From an uncultured Collinsella sp. (GTDB lineage Bacteria > Actinomycetota > Coriobacteriia > Coriobacteriales > Coriobacteriaceae): 64,000 nt of DNA. The stretch is taken from the NCBI GenBank assembly GCA_900552145.1, contig URYW01000003.1:4736-68735 (forward strand). Direction: 5' to 3'. The notes beneath the pieces were generated by a model. It searched no databases, was not told the origin of the DNA, and worked only from the letters and a program-made list of their open reading frames with translations. The position numbers were made by a program, and so were the translations under genes. Below, piece by piece: positions 32,224 through 42,762 of this stretch (position 1 is its first letter; every line of letters starts with the position of its first letter).

Positions 32224-33186
32224 TTAACCAAACCAATGTTCAACTTCGGCGCGCGTGGGAATCGACTGTTGCGCGCCCAAGCGCGACACCGTCACCGCCG
32301 AGGCGCGTGCACCCGCCGCCATGCACTCAAAGAGCGGCAAGCCCTCTAAGCGAGCCGCGGCAAGCGCACCGATAAACGTATCGCCCGCGGCCGTCGTATC
32401 GACCAACGTGTTCGATAGTGCCGGCATGTGCAGCAGCTCACCGCCATCGCCGAGCGCAACCGAGCCGGCGCCGCCCAGCGTGATGACCGCAGCTCCGGCA
32501 CCCTTGGCGAGCAGGGCATTGAGCGCCGCGGCGCAGCTCTCATCGTCCTTGGGCAGGATACCCGTCAGAACCTGGCACTCGGTCTCGTTGGGGCAGACCA
32601 AGTCGATCGCAGGCCAGGCCTCCGCAGGCAACTCACAGGCAGGCGCTGGATTAAAGATCGTATAGAACCCCAGCTCGTGAGCGCAAACAAGCGCCTCGGC
32701 AGTCGCTGCAAGGTCACATTCGCCCTGGGCGATAAAAACGCTGCCAGCCGCCGGAGCGAACTCGCATGCATCGCCATCGAACTCATCGGCCACCAGGTGC
32801 CTCAGCACGCAGGCAACGTCCTCGCCCGCAAGCGCATGGTTAGCGCCCGGCGACAGCACGATGCGGTTGTCGCCCTCACAGCGAATGATGGTCGCCGTGC
32901 CCGTCTCCACGTCATCGCGAAGCGCCACAAACTCAACGCCCACGCCGGCATCCTGAAGCCCCGCCACGAGCACATCGCCAAACGCATCGCGCCCGACCGC
33001 GCCAATCATGCACGTGCGCGCACCCATGCGCGCGGCGGCGACGGCCTGGTTAGCGCCCTTGCCACCGGCGTTGGTGATAAAACCGCTGCCGCCGACGGTC
33101 TCACCCGCGCGCGGCATGCGCTCGCACGCCACCGAAAGGTCCATGTTCATGCTGCCGAACACCGCAACGATGCCGCGATCTGCCAT
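32224..33186 (-). CDS. rbsK: Ribokinase
   Basis: GSMNMD, GGKGANQAVAAAR, PNETE, VDTTAAGDTF. Confidence 0.9.
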   Translation of the reverse strand: MADRGIVAVFGSMNMDLSVACERMPRAGETVGGSGFITNAGGKGANQAVAAARMGARTCMIGAVGRDAFGDVLVAGLQDAGVGVEFVALRDDVETGTATIIRCEGDNRIVLSPGANHALAGEDVACVLRHLVADEFDGDACEFAPAAGSVFIAQGECDLAATAEALVCAHELGFYTIFNPAPACELPAEAWPAIDLVCPNETECQVLTGILPKDDESCAAALNALLAKGAGAAVITLGGAGSVALGDGGELLHMPALSNTLVDTTAAGDTFIGALAAARLEGLPLFECMAAGARASAVTVSRLGAQQSIPTRAEVEHWFG

Positions 33187-33373
33187 GGAAACCTCCTCAT
33201 CTGCGGGCCTTATGCCCACCGTCGGCCGTCGATCGTGCACTCTCGCACCCCCTATAACTTTAGTTCACTTTGATGTGGACGCGCGCTTGAGCTTGCGCCA
33301 GCAGCAAGCATTCACAGGAGCAGGCAGTTACAATGAAGGCGTGCTGATTATTCTCGTCATTGGATGATGTTTT

Positions 33374-35590
33374 ATGGAACAACTCTCGCAATCGGGCTCG
33401 CGCGGTCGACGCCGCACGGGCAACGAGCCGGCGCCGCACAAACGTGTGAAGGGCGAACGCCGTGCCAACGAGCCGCGACGCACCGCGAGCCCCCATCGCG
33501 CTTCTGCTAACAACGCGGGCCGCGCCCACACTCCCGCCGCGGAGCAGACGCCCGCTCGCCCCAAGTCCCGCTACATCCCTGCGCTCGACGGTCTGCGTAC
33601 GCTCGCCGTCGTCGCAGTGGTGCTCTATCACCTTAACCTCACGTGGGCTCAGGGCGGCCTGCTTGGCGTCACGATCTTCTTTGTGCTTTCGGGCTATCTG
33701 ATCACGCGCTTGCTGCTCAACGAAGTCGCTAAGACCGGCCGCATCGACCTCAAGAGCTTCTGGATTCGCCGCATCCGTCGCCTAGTCCCCGCCGTGGTAA
33801 CGGTAGTGTTTGTAACCTGCGCGCTGTGCACTATCTTTAACCACGTGATGCTCACCAAGATGCGCCCCGACATCCTGCCGTCGCTGCTGTTCTTCAACAA
33901 CTGGTGGCAGATTGCCCAAAACGTCTCGTACTTCAATGCTCTGGGCGACCCCTCGCCGCTCACGCACTTTTGGTCGCTTGCCATCGAGGAACAGTTCTAC
34001 CTGATTTGGCCGCCACTGCTGTTTGCCATGGTATCCATGCATGTGAGCAAACCCAACACGCGCCGCGTGGTTCTGGGCCTTGCCGCGGTATCTGCCCTCG
34101 CCATGATGGTGCTTTACAACCCTGCCGCCGACCCCAGCCGCGTGTACTACGGCACCGACACCCGTGTGTTCTCGCTGCTGCTGGGTGCCTGGATGGCCTT
34201 TATCCCCGATCGCGACCTGGCGCCGGTGCGCCTCGCTCGTCGTTTGGGGCTCAATCGCCTAGCTGGCGCCGCCAAGCACGGCAAGAACGCCGAGGGCAAG
34301 CCTGGCGAGAAGGCCGACGAAGCAGCCGAGACCGCACCGGCACAGCCGAGCGCCCTCGTGCGCTTTTGGTCCTCGCCCGCATCCATCGATGTGTTGGGCG
34401 TCGTGGGCCTGGTTGGCCTTGCCGCCATGGTCGCGCTCACCAACGGCTACACCGCCTTCCAGTATCGCGGAGGCACGCTGTTATGCTCCGTCCTCACGCT
34501 CATGGTCATCGCGGCCTGCGTGCAGCCCCAGGGAATGGTTGCCCGCGCGCTGTCCGCCGAGCCACTCGTGTGGGTTGGCAAGCGCTCGTACAGCATCTAC
34601 CTGTGGCACTATCCGCTGCTGTTGCTCATGAACCCGGTCGCCAACATCAACGACACGCCCTGGTGGCAGTATATCTTGCAGGTACTTGTGGTGGTCGCCG
34701 TGGCCGAATGCTCATATCGCTTTATCGAGACGCCGTTTAGAAAGGGCGCCTTTGGGCGCACCGTGTCCGAGTTCCGCGACGGCACCACCACGCCCGCCAA
34801 CTGGGCACGCGCGCACGTCCCTGTCTGCGCAGCCTGCGCTGTCGTGTTGGTCGTTGCACTGGGCGGCCTGATCTTTGTGCCCGAGACGTCTGCGCTGAGC
34901 GGCGAGGGCGCCGAAGTTCTGAACAAGGAAGCCAAAAACACCGCTCCCACCGACCAGCAGGCGGCCGACGACACCGACAAGGACAACGACGGCTTCCCCG
35001 ATGGCTCCTACGATCTGCTTATGATCGGCGACTCCGTGTCGCTGCGTGCCGTAGACACCTTTGACGGCGTGTTCCCGCACAGCCATATCGATGCCGAAAA
35101 GGGCCGCCAGTTTGATGCGGGCCGCACGACATTTGAGGGCTATATCCAGCAGAACCTTGCCGGCAAGATCGTGGTCTTTGCCCTGGGCACCAACGGCTTG
35201 GTAACCGACGACCAGATCGACGCCATCATGGCCGATGCGGGAGATAAGCGTATTGTGGTGTTTGTGAACACGCGCAGCCCGCAGCCGTGGGTTGGCTCTA
35301 CCAACCAGGCCATCGCCAACGCCGCTACGCGCTACAAGAACGTACGCGTTATCGACTGGTACGGATACAGTGCCAACCGCAACGACCTGTTCGATGGCGA
35401 TGGCACGCACCTATCGACCACTGGCGTGACTGAGTACCTCAACTTGATCCACGATGCAGTCAAGAAGGACCTGCCCGTACACCCCGAGGATCACGTCAAC
35501 GATCCGCAGCCAGCAGCCGTCAAGTCTGCCACCGACGCGCTCGTCAATGCGCTTGCCTTCAAGCCGCACAAGCTGGGCGCCGACAAGTAA
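33374..35590 (+). CDS. Acyltransferase-3 + SGNH domain protein (OatA-like O-acetyltransferase)
   Basis: LDGLR, GV..FFVLSGYLIT, HFWSLAIEEQFY, IGDSV, LGTN, DGTH. Confidence 0.9.
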   Translation: MEQLSQSGSRGRRRTGNEPAPHKRVKGERRANEPRRTASPHRASANNAGRAHTPAAEQTPARPKSRYIPALDGLRTLAVVAVVLYHLNLTWAQGGLLGVTIFFVLSGYLITRLLLNEVAKTGRIDLKSFWIRRIRRLVPAVVTVVFVTCALCTIFNHVMLTKMRPDILPSLLFFNNWWQIAQNVSYFNALGDPSPLTHFWSLAIEEQFYLIWPPLLFAMVSMHVSKPNTRRVVLGLAAVSALAMMVLYNPAADPSRVYYGTDTRVFSLLLGAWMAFIPDRDLAPVRLARRLGLNRLAGAAKHGKNAEGKPGEKADEAAETAPAQPSALVRFWSSPASIDVLGVVGLVGLAAMVALTNGYTAFQYRGGTLLCSVLTLMVIAACVQPQGMVARALSAEPLVWVGKRSYSIYLWHYPLLLLMNPVANINDTPWWQYILQVLVVVAVAECSYRFIETPFRKGAFGRTVSEFRDGTTTPANWARAHVPVCAACAVVLVVALGGLIFVPETSALSGEGAEVLNKEAKNTAPTDQQAADDTDKDNDGFPDGSYDLLMIGDSVSLRAVDTFDGVFPHSHIDAEKGRQFDAGRTTFEGYIQQNLAGKIVVFALGTNGLVTDDQIDAIMADAGDKRIVVFVNTRSPQPWVGSTNQAIANAATRYKNVRVIDWYGYSANRNDLFDGDGTHLSTTGVTEYLNLIHDAVKKDLPVHPEDHVNDPQPAAVKSATDALVNALAFKPHKLGADK

Positions 35591-35700
35591 CCTGCAGCAA
35601 ACAACCCAAAATCACTCTATTCGAGCCGGCCCCAAGAGGTCGTGGGCAAAAAACAGGCCGCAGTCCATCGCTGCGGCCTGTTCGGAAGCAAAAGTGGGCG

Positions 35701-36963
35701 TTAAGCGCTGTAGCCCATCGCTTGCAGCACAAACATGACGACTGTCAGCACCGTAATCACGGCGATAGTCGCCCAAGTGAGCACGTTCCACACACGGCCG
35801 TTGCGGTTGGCACCCATGATGTGACGGTCGGCGGCGATAACCACCTGGAACACCAGAACCACGGGCAGCAGCACGCCATTGATGACCTGCGAGGTCATCA
35901 TAATCTGGAACAGATCGACGCCGGGCATAAGCACCAGCACGGCAGAGATACCGATGATGGCCGTAATGATGCCGCGGTAAACCGGGGCCTCGTCCCAGCT
36001 GCGGTCGGCACCGCGCTCCCAGCCAAATGCCTCGCAGATAGCGCTCGACGTAACGCCCGGCAGCACGCAGGCAGCCAAGAAGCTCGCCGCGACCAGGCCC
36101 GAGGCAAACAACACCGTGGACCACTGACCCGCAATAGGCTCCAGCGCGCGGGCAGCATCGGCGGCATCGCTAATCTGAATACCCGCCGGGAACAACACCG
36201 TACCGGTCGTGATGATAATAAAGCCGGCAATGATATCGGCGGCAAGCGAGCCGCTCACAGTATCGATGCGCTGCAGCACGATATCGTCCTCGCCCGCGTT
36301 CTTATCGACCACGTTGTTCTGCGCCAAGAAAATCATCCACGGCGCGATGGTGGTACCGATCGTTGCGACCACGAGCGACACGTAGCTGGGGTCATTTTGA
36401 ATGTTAGGCACGACCAGGTCGACCGCGACCTCACCCCAGTTGGGGCCAGCCATGAACGCGGCGACAATATAGGTCACGAACACGCAGCTCACCAGCAGCA
36501 GAATCTTCTCGATGCGCTGGAAACTACCCGACATGGTAAGCATCCACACCAGCAGCGCCACCAACGGCACCGAGATGCTCGCCGGCACGCCAAAGAGGGC
36601 AAGGCCGCTCGCAATACCCGCAAACTCCGAAATGGTCACGGCTGTGTTGGCGATCAACAGCGCCGCCATAGCAAGTACACTCTTGCGCACGCCAAAGCGC
36701 TCGCGAATGAGCGATGCCAGGCCCTTGCCCGTGACGCAGCCGCATCGTGCCGCGGTCTCCTGCGTCACGATGAGCAGCACAGTCATGACGGGAAGCATCC
36801 AGAGCATCTTGTAACCATAGCTGGCGCCCGCGCTGGAATACGTTGCAATGCCGCCGGCGTCATTGCCCGAAAGCGCCGCCAGCAGACCGGGACCCATAGC
36901 GCCAAAGATGGCCGCGATGGTCAACTTTTGCTTGGTGCCCGACTTTTGCTTGGTATTTTGCAC
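35701..36963 (-). CDS. Nramp-family divalent metal transporter (Mg-type branch likely)
   Basis: GPGLL…NDAGGIATY, GTTIAPW; GTG start; co-oriented with the mgtE-like gene. Confidence 0.85.
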   Translation of the reverse strand: MQNTKQKSGTKQKLTIAAIFGAMGPGLLAALSGNDAGGIATYSSAGASYGYKMLWMLPVMTVLLIVTQETAARCGCVTGKGLASLIRERFGVRKSVLAMAALLIANTAVTISEFAGIASGLALFGVPASISVPLVALLVWMLTMSGSFQRIEKILLLVSCVFVTYIVAAFMAGPNWGEVAVDLVVPNIQNDPSYVSLVVATIGTTIAPWMIFLAQNNVVDKNAGEDDIVLQRIDTVSGSLAADIIAGFIIITTGTVLFPAGIQISDAADAARALEPIAGQWSTVLFASGLVAASFLAACVLPGVTSSAICEAFGWERGADRSWDEAPVYRGIITAIIGISAVLVLMPGVDLFQIMMTSQVINGVLLPVVLVFQVVIAADRHIMGANRNGRVWNVLTWATIAVITVLTVVMFVLQAMGYSA

Positions 36964-36971
36964 GCGACCAC

Positions 36972-38816
36972 CTAACCCATGACCGACATGGTGAGCAGCA
37001 CCGCAGCGGCGCAGTACGCTACGCACGAGATCATGACGGCAATAACGTTCATGGCGGTGCCCGACGTGTTAAGGTCATGCTCGTCACGCCAGAACAGCAC
37101 CATCAGGTAAATCACGGCGCTCATGTTGCCAACCAGGCAAATGATGGCAGCGATATTAAAGCAGCCGGTAAAGAGCTGCTCCTCAAACATGGGCGCATCG
37201 GGGAACGCGGCGGTGCGCACCAGCTGCGCGCACAGGTAGGTCACGAGCGAAAGGATCAGGCCCATACCCGTGCTCTGGAAGAAGAATCCCAGGTACGGTT
37301 TGGGCTCGTCGTCGTGGCCGTCGTACTCGAGGAAGTAGTTCTTGACGAACGACACCATGCGCGAGGCCGCCAGCAGCACGAGCGGCATGGCGCACATGGG
37401 GAACACCACCAGATGCGCGGAGCCGAGCGCCGTTCCCAGCACGGTCGCCATGATGCACGACGCGATGCCCCATACAACAACCCAGTACTGGCGATGCACG
37501 AACCAGCTGAGCACGTTCGTCGAGTCGTCCGACGCGCTATCGCCCGAGCCGACACCGGCGATCTGCAGGTCCTCCTGATGCTCCTCGGCGATAACGTCCA
37601 TGGCGTCGTCGAAGGTCACGATACCCAGGATATGACGGTTCTCGTCGCAGACAGGGATGGCAACCAGGTCGTACTTGGTCATCTCGTCCGTCACGTCTTC
37701 CTGGTCCTCGTCGGGCGACACATAGACCAGGTCGCGATAGGCCAGCTGACCCAGCGTGGCGTCGCGGTCGGCTACGATCAGCGTGCGCAGCGAAAGCACG
37801 CCGGTCAGCATGCCGCTCGGATCCTCGGTATAGACGTAGTAAACGCTCTCGAAGTCCTCGTCGAGCTCGCGAATCGCCTCGATGGCATCGCCGACCGTTG
37901 CCGTGGCGGGCAGGGAGACAAACTCCGAGGTCATGATGCGGCCGGCGGTGTTGTCCTCATACCCCAGCAGGTTACGAATCGCCTTCTCCTCCTTGACGCC
38001 CATCAGGCGCAGGAGCTTCTCGGCCTTCTCGTAATCGAGCTCGTCGATCAGGTCAGCTGCATCGTCCGGGTCCATCATGGCCAGCATCGACGATGCGTCC
38101 GTGTCGGACAGGCCCTCGAGCATCTCGGTCATAAGCTCGTCGTCATCGAACTCCGAGATGGCCTCGGCGGCCTGGGCAGTATCGAGCTGCGCAAACACCT
38201 GCGCGCGTAGGCGCGGGTCGAGCTGCTCGATAATGTCGGCGATGTCGGCAGGGTGCAGCTCGCCGAGCGTCTTGTGCGACACCGAGAGTTGAATGTTCTT
38301 GGTCGAGCGGTCGAGCAGGTCCATGTAGGACCAAGCGATGATGTCCTCACTGAGCGGCTTGCCTAGGTGCTTCATAAAGCCTTCGACGATATGCTCGAGC
38401 GCGGGGCTGATGGCGCGTAGCAGACCGCGGGCACCGACCTCGGCACCCAGCAGGCGCAGCTGGTTTTCGCCCGACATGGAAAACTTGATGTCGTTTACGC
38501 GCACGACCTTCATGCCCTGCGTGTCGACAATCTGTTTGTTGAGCACGTCGCGGGCAAGCAAGAGTTCGGTCGGCTGCAGGTACGAAAAACGGATTTCGGT
38601 GGCCGACGTCTTAAGGTGTACACCCGTCTCGTCGATACGGTCGACCCATTTGCGCCAGCTGATCATAAACGGCGTCTTGCCGGGTCCGCGAAACGCGAGC
38701 GACGTCACGTGCGGAAAAACTTCGCCGGTAGCAATACCAAAATCGTTCACCACGCCGAGCTTTTCGCCGTCGACGTCCAAGACCGGCAATTTGAGCATCT
38801 CACTCAGATAATTCAA
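36972..38816 (-). CDS. MgtE N-domain/CBS protein with PRC-like N-terminus and C-terminal TMs
   Basis: LHPADIADI, MDPDDAAD, YEDNTAGRIMT, CBS pair, GIVTFDD; TTG start. Confidence 0.85.
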   Translation of the reverse strand: MNYLSEMLKLPVLDVDGEKLGVVNDFGIATGEVFPHVTSLAFRGPGKTPFMISWRKWVDRIDETGVHLKTSATEIRFSYLQPTELLLARDVLNKQIVDTQGMKVVRVNDIKFSMSGENQLRLLGAEVGARGLLRAISPALEHIVEGFMKHLGKPLSEDIIAWSYMDLLDRSTKNIQLSVSHKTLGELHPADIADIIEQLDPRLRAQVFAQLDTAQAAEAISEFDDDELMTEMLEGLSDTDASSMLAMMDPDDAADLIDELDYEKAEKLLRLMGVKEEKAIRNLLGYEDNTAGRIMTSEFVSLPATATVGDAIEAIRELDEDFESVYYVYTEDPSGMLTGVLSLRTLIVADRDATLGQLAYRDLVYVSPDEDQEDVTDEMTKYDLVAIPVCDENRHILGIVTFDDAMDVIAEEHQEDLQIAGVGSGDSASDDSTNVLSWFVHRQYWVVVWGIASCIMATVLGTALGSAHLVVFPMCAMPLVLLAASRMVSFVKNYFLEYDGHDDEPKPYLGFFFQSTGMGLILSLVTYLCAQLVRTAAFPDAPMFEEQLFTGCFNIAAIICLVGNMSAVIYLMVLFWRDEHDLNTSGTAMNVIAVMISCVAYCAAAVLLTMSVMG

Positions 38817-39107
38817 TGGTGCTCCCCATCATTATTCCTCCGAACGCGGCCGCATATGCGACGTCCGGGGGCTTCTGGATATGTATACGCATGCGCGGGC
38901 GGCACGCCGCTCGACGCTTACACCCCGTGCATGCGCAAAAAGCACCTGCATGGGGTCATCGACTGTATGGTCGAGGTTTGGATTTCACCTGTAACCTTTC
39001 TCTTGACCCTCATTAACCGCAGTAACTATAGCATCAGCATCGCCCTGCGGCATCGAATTTATGCGCTGCACATTGCAGGCATACCAAACGCTGGCGTATC
39101 CGTGACA

Positions 39108-39146
39108 TAGCCATTGGGGACGTTCTTAAATGACTACCCAATGACT
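39108..39146. repeat. GGGGAC-loop REP-like unit
   Basis: tagccatt-ggggacgttctta-aatgacta. Confidence 0.75.
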
Positions 39147-40551
39147 ACTCTGTGGTGTCGTCGTCCTCGACAAGTTGGGGGAACACGGCGTCCTTGGGCA
39201 TGGTGACCTTCGTCAGCGAGGTGAACTTTTTGCTCAGCGACGTGTCCGTCTTGACCAGGTCGCTGAGCGTCACGATCTTGTAGCCGTCGGCAATGAGGCC
39301 GTCGATAATCTGCGGCAGCGCCTCGAGCGTCTGCTCGGCGCATTCGTCTCTGTCGGTGAGCAGCACGATATTGCCCGGCGTCACCGAATCGAGCACCGTC
39401 GAGACCTGCTCGTCGGCACCGTTGAGCAGCCAGTCGCCCGAGTCAATATTCCACGAGACCACGGCGGAGACCAGATCCATCGCATCAATCCAGTTTTGCT
39501 CGTCAAAGGCAGCGTAGGGAGCACGCAGCAGCATCGTCTTCACGCCAGTCGCCGACTTAATCGCATCGGTGCCTTTCGTGATCTGTTCGCGTACCGCCTC
39601 ACGGTCCTGACCCTTGAGAGAATCGTCGCTGTAGCCGTTGGATCCGATCTCGCACCCGGCATCGACAATCGCCTTGGCCGTGGCAGGCGAGGCCTCGGCC
39701 GCATCGCCCGAAAGGAAGAACGTCGCGGTGACGCCCTTTTCCTTGAGCACCTGCAAGATCTGTTTGGTAGCGCCGCTCGGACCCTCGTCAAACGTCAGCG
39801 CCACGTACTTTTTGTTGCCCTTGGGCGCCACGCTGACGCACGCAACAACGCAATCGGTGGCGGGCACAACCTCGCCGCGGTCTTGCGTCTTGCCCGACTG
39901 CTCACCAACCCACACCTCGGAGCGGCCCTGGACACCCCATGTCTGCACATACTCGATAGCGCCCGTGCCCTCGACCTTAAGCTTGGGCTCGATAACCGTA
40001 GCCTGAACCTCGTGCTTCTCGTAGGTGTTACGGCCATCCTTGACCGTCACCTTCTCGCCGCCCTCAAGTTCGCGGCTATCCCATTTGCCCTGTTTCACGC
40101 GCTTGCCGTCGACCTTCACCGACAGCTTTTCGCCCCCATGGCGCTTGAGCACGCTGTCATCGACGGCCAACAGGTCGCCTGCGTCGTAGGTATCGGTCAG
40201 CTCCTGATCGTCGATGAGATTTTGCAGCGTAGAGCCGACGCGCACCGCAGTCTCCTGGCCGTTGAGGACGACATCCACGCTGCGATTGACGTAGCCCACA
40301 ACGGCAGCGATAAACAGTACGAGCGCGCAACCCACGGCGATGAGCGCATAGGGCAGGCGAGACGAACGACGGGGCGTGCGGCTGTTGCCGATGCGAGCGC
40401 TGCGATCGCTAAACCCACGGCTATGGTTGAGGTACATCGCGCCGGGCTTACGGCGACGCTTGCGCTGGCCGCTGGGCAGCTGCCCCAGGTCGCGGCGCGC
40501 CGTCGGACGCGCACCCGAGCGCCCGTTTAAGTTGGATCCGTTTTGGCGCAT
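39145..40551 (-). CDS. Membrane-anchored polysaccharide deacetylase family protein (possibly degenerate)
   Basis: VALTFDEGP, ATFF, RAPY, WNIDSGDW; the usual His ligands look replaced (GSNGYSD, VLLTD). Confidence 0.8.
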   Translation of the reverse strand: MRQNGSNLNGRSGARPTARRDLGQLPSGQRKRRRKPGAMYLNHSRGFSDRSARIGNSRTPRRSSRLPYALIAVGCALVLFIAAVVGYVNRSVDVVLNGQETAVRVGSTLQNLIDDQELTDTYDAGDLLAVDDSVLKRHGGEKLSVKVDGKRVKQGKWDSRELEGGEKVTVKDGRNTYEKHEVQATVIEPKLKVEGTGAIEYVQTWGVQGRSEVWVGEQSGKTQDRGEVVPATDCVVACVSVAPKGNKKYVALTFDEGPSGATKQILQVLKEKGVTATFFLSGDAAEASPATAKAIVDAGCEIGSNGYSDDSLKGQDREAVREQITKGTDAIKSATGVKTMLLRAPYAAFDEQNWIDAMDLVSAVVSWNIDSGDWLLNGADEQVSTVLDSVTPGNIVLLTDRDECAEQTLEALPQIIDGLIADGYKIVTLSDLVKTDTSLSKKFTSLTKVTMPKDAVFPQLVEDDDTTE

Positions 40552-40623
40552 GTGCCCTCCCCCATAAACGCAGCAAGCCGGAGCAATAGGTCTCCGGCTT
40601 GCCTCCCATCATTTGGTACGTCG

Positions 40624-41379
40624 CTATTTGCTAGCTTTTGACGAGCCCCCGCTCGCCTTTTGATATTCGTCCTTAAAGGCCTTGAACATGCCGCGCGTCT
40701 TGCCGAGCTGCTTGCCCAGTGCGCGACTGCCCTTGTCCACGGCAACCGATCCCTTGTCGTCGAGCACCTTGGCGCCCTTTTTGACCTTATCGCCCACCAC
40801 GACGCTGGCCTCGGCGGCCTTGGCAGCCGCACCGCCCGAATACCCGAGCGACTTGACCTCGTCTGAGACGACCATCGCGCCGTTCTCGTAGCCACGCAGC
40901 ATCGTCGGCGGCACCTGCGTGTCACCAACCAAAACACTCGAAGCAGCACCGGCGGTCACATAGAATGCCTGCACGATGCCCGAGCGTGGCTTGAACTCAA
41001 CGTCCGAGCAATAGCCCACGACGTCGCCCGATTCCGTGCGCACGTCCATACCGACCCAGATGATGCAATCGTCCAGGTTGATGTCGAGGCGCTTGGCGGC
41101 GGCGGCATCATACGTGCCTTTGACGTCATCGACCGCAATGGCGCCCTCGTAGACGCCAATGGCGTCGAGCGCTACGAATCGGTCGGGGCGCTCGATCATG
41201 CCCGCGATATCGGACTGGCGGACCATAAAGCCGACCACGCGCGTACCGCCCGGGGTAAAGACCGGAAAGTGAATCTTTCCGAGCTTTTTAGGGCTGCGCG
41301 GCGTGCCGTCCTTTTTGGTGCGCTTGTCCTCGGTAGGCTTGCGATAGATCTTGGCGCCGACAAAATCCCCAGCGCGCAT
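40624..41379 (-). CDS. PRC-barrel domain protein
   Basis: GMDVRTESGDVVG…DVEF pattern; coupled to upstream gene. Confidence 0.65.
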   Translation of the reverse strand: MRAGDFVGAKIYRKPTEDKRTKKDGTPRSPKKLGKIHFPVFTPGGTRVVGFMVRQSDIAGMIERPDRFVALDAIGVYEGAIAVDDVKGTYDAAAAKRLDINLDDCIIWVGMDVRTESGDVVGYCSDVEFKPRSGIVQAFYVTAGAASSVLVGDTQVPPTMLRGYENGAMVVSDEVKSLGYSGGAAAKAAEASVVVGDKVKKGAKVLDDKGSVAVDKGSRALGKQLGKTRGMFKAFKDEYQKASGGSSKASK

Positions 41380-41774
41380 TATGCCTCGGTCGAGGGCTCC
41401 GCAGCCTCGGTATCAGCCTCGACGGCGTTCTCGACCACGACGTCGGCGGCAGGCGTCACGTTGCCGCCCGAAATGGCGTCGTTGAGCTGCTCGCGCAGCT
41501 GGTCCATGCGCTCGCGGGCCAGGTCGACCTTGGCGCGCAGGTCGTCGGTCTTGGCGTCGACCATCGGGCCAAAGTCATTCACCGCAGCACGGGCCTCCTC
41601 GGCGCCGTGCTCGTAGGTGTCGCGCATATTGTCCCAGGCATCGTTGGCGATATCGGCAGCCATGGCGCGGGTCTCGGCGCCCGAGCGCGGGGCCAGAGCA
41701 ACGCCGATAATAGCGCCGGCAGCGACACCAAAAAGTGCGCCGGAGACAAAGCTGAAAGTCTTACCCATGATCAT
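41379..41774 (-). CDS. YtxH-domain protein
   Basis: GALFGVAAGAIIGVALAPRSGAETR. Confidence 0.85.
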   Translation of the reverse strand: MIMGKTFSFVSGALFGVAAGAIIGVALAPRSGAETRAMAADIANDAWDNMRDTYEHGAEEARAAVNDFGPMVDAKTDDLRAKVDLARERMDQLREQLNDAISGGNVTPAADVVVENAVEADTEAAEPSTEA

Positions 41775-41904
41775 TCCTCTCCTGCGGGCACGTCGGTGCC
41801 CACCGTTTGAATGCTGTCCATTATACCCGCAGCGCATCACTTGCCGCTCCGCTCATCTGCGTACGGCAAAAGCGCAGGTACGTGATGGTGATAAACGAGT
41901 AGGC

Positions 41905-42738
41905 CTATTCCTGAGGCATAGCCGGCATGGCCACCGTGGCACCCGGGTCCTCGCCGGCGCCGTCCACGAGCGGCAGGCCGCCCTCATGCGCAGGTCCTGC
42001 CGGAACCGTCGCCGCGCCGCCAAAGACAGCCGCGGAAGCCTCGTGGTTCTCGGCAACCGCGCCCTCGGTATCAATCGCCACCTGGGGCTCGTCGTCAAAG
42101 TTGGGAACGCCCTGGGGCTCGGTGGGAACGGGCTCGGCGGTCGCATCGGCAACGGGCTCGGCGTCGACCGGCACATCGCCCTCGTCAGCGCCCTCGTCCT
42201 CGGCAGCATCTTCGCCGTTCGCAGCGGCGACGGCCTCGTGAGGATCCTTGCCCTCGGCCTCGGCGCGCATGCCCAGCACCAGGTTGCGCAGGCCCGCGAC
42301 CGTGCCTTCCACGTCGGGGGCAGGCTGGTCGGCGTGCAGGTACGCCCAGTCCATCATAAAGGTCGCTGACGACAGCGCACCGATGGCCAGTGAGTCGTCG
42401 GGGCACGAAAGCTCGACCTCAAAGACGCGCTCGTCGTGTTCGCTTACGCGCGTGCGGCCGCACGAGATGCTACCGGCAAGACCGGTCTCGTTCATGAGCT
42501 CGACCGTCACGTGCTCCAGCAGGTGGCAGAGCTCGGTCTGACCCATGCAGTCCTGGAACTCGCGGCCGGAATCGCCCAGGCACAGGTGCTTGGCAATCGC
42601 GGGCACCAGGTAGTACACGCGCGCCGTGGCCTCGATGTCCTCCGAGGTCATGAGCGGCATGCCGGGGTTCACCAGCACATGCGCGCAGATCTTGTCCTCG
42701 CTGACGGTGACCTTAAGGATGTTGAACAGGCCTGCCAT
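41905..42738 (-). CDS. Stand-alone cyanophycin-synthetase N-domain-like protein with acidic tail
   Basis: HLC…CHLLEHVTVEL…GRT resembles CphA N-domain; D/E/A/P-rich C-terminus. Confidence 0.6.
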   Translation of the reverse strand: MAGLFNILKVTVSEDKICAHVLVNPGMPLMTSEDIEATARVYYLVPAIAKHLCLGDSGREFQDCMGQTELCHLLEHVTVELMNETGLAGSISCGRTRVSEHDERVFEVELSCPDDSLAIGALSSATFMMDWAYLHADQPAPDVEGTVAGLRNLVLGMRAEAEGKDPHEAVAAANGEDAAEDEGADEGDVPVDAEPVADATAEPVPTEPQGVPNFDDEPQVAIDTEGAVAENHEASAAVFGGAATVPAGPAHEGGLPLVDGAGEDPGATVAMPAMPQE

Positions 42739-42762
42739 AACTCTCCCCTACTCTTCCTTGTC

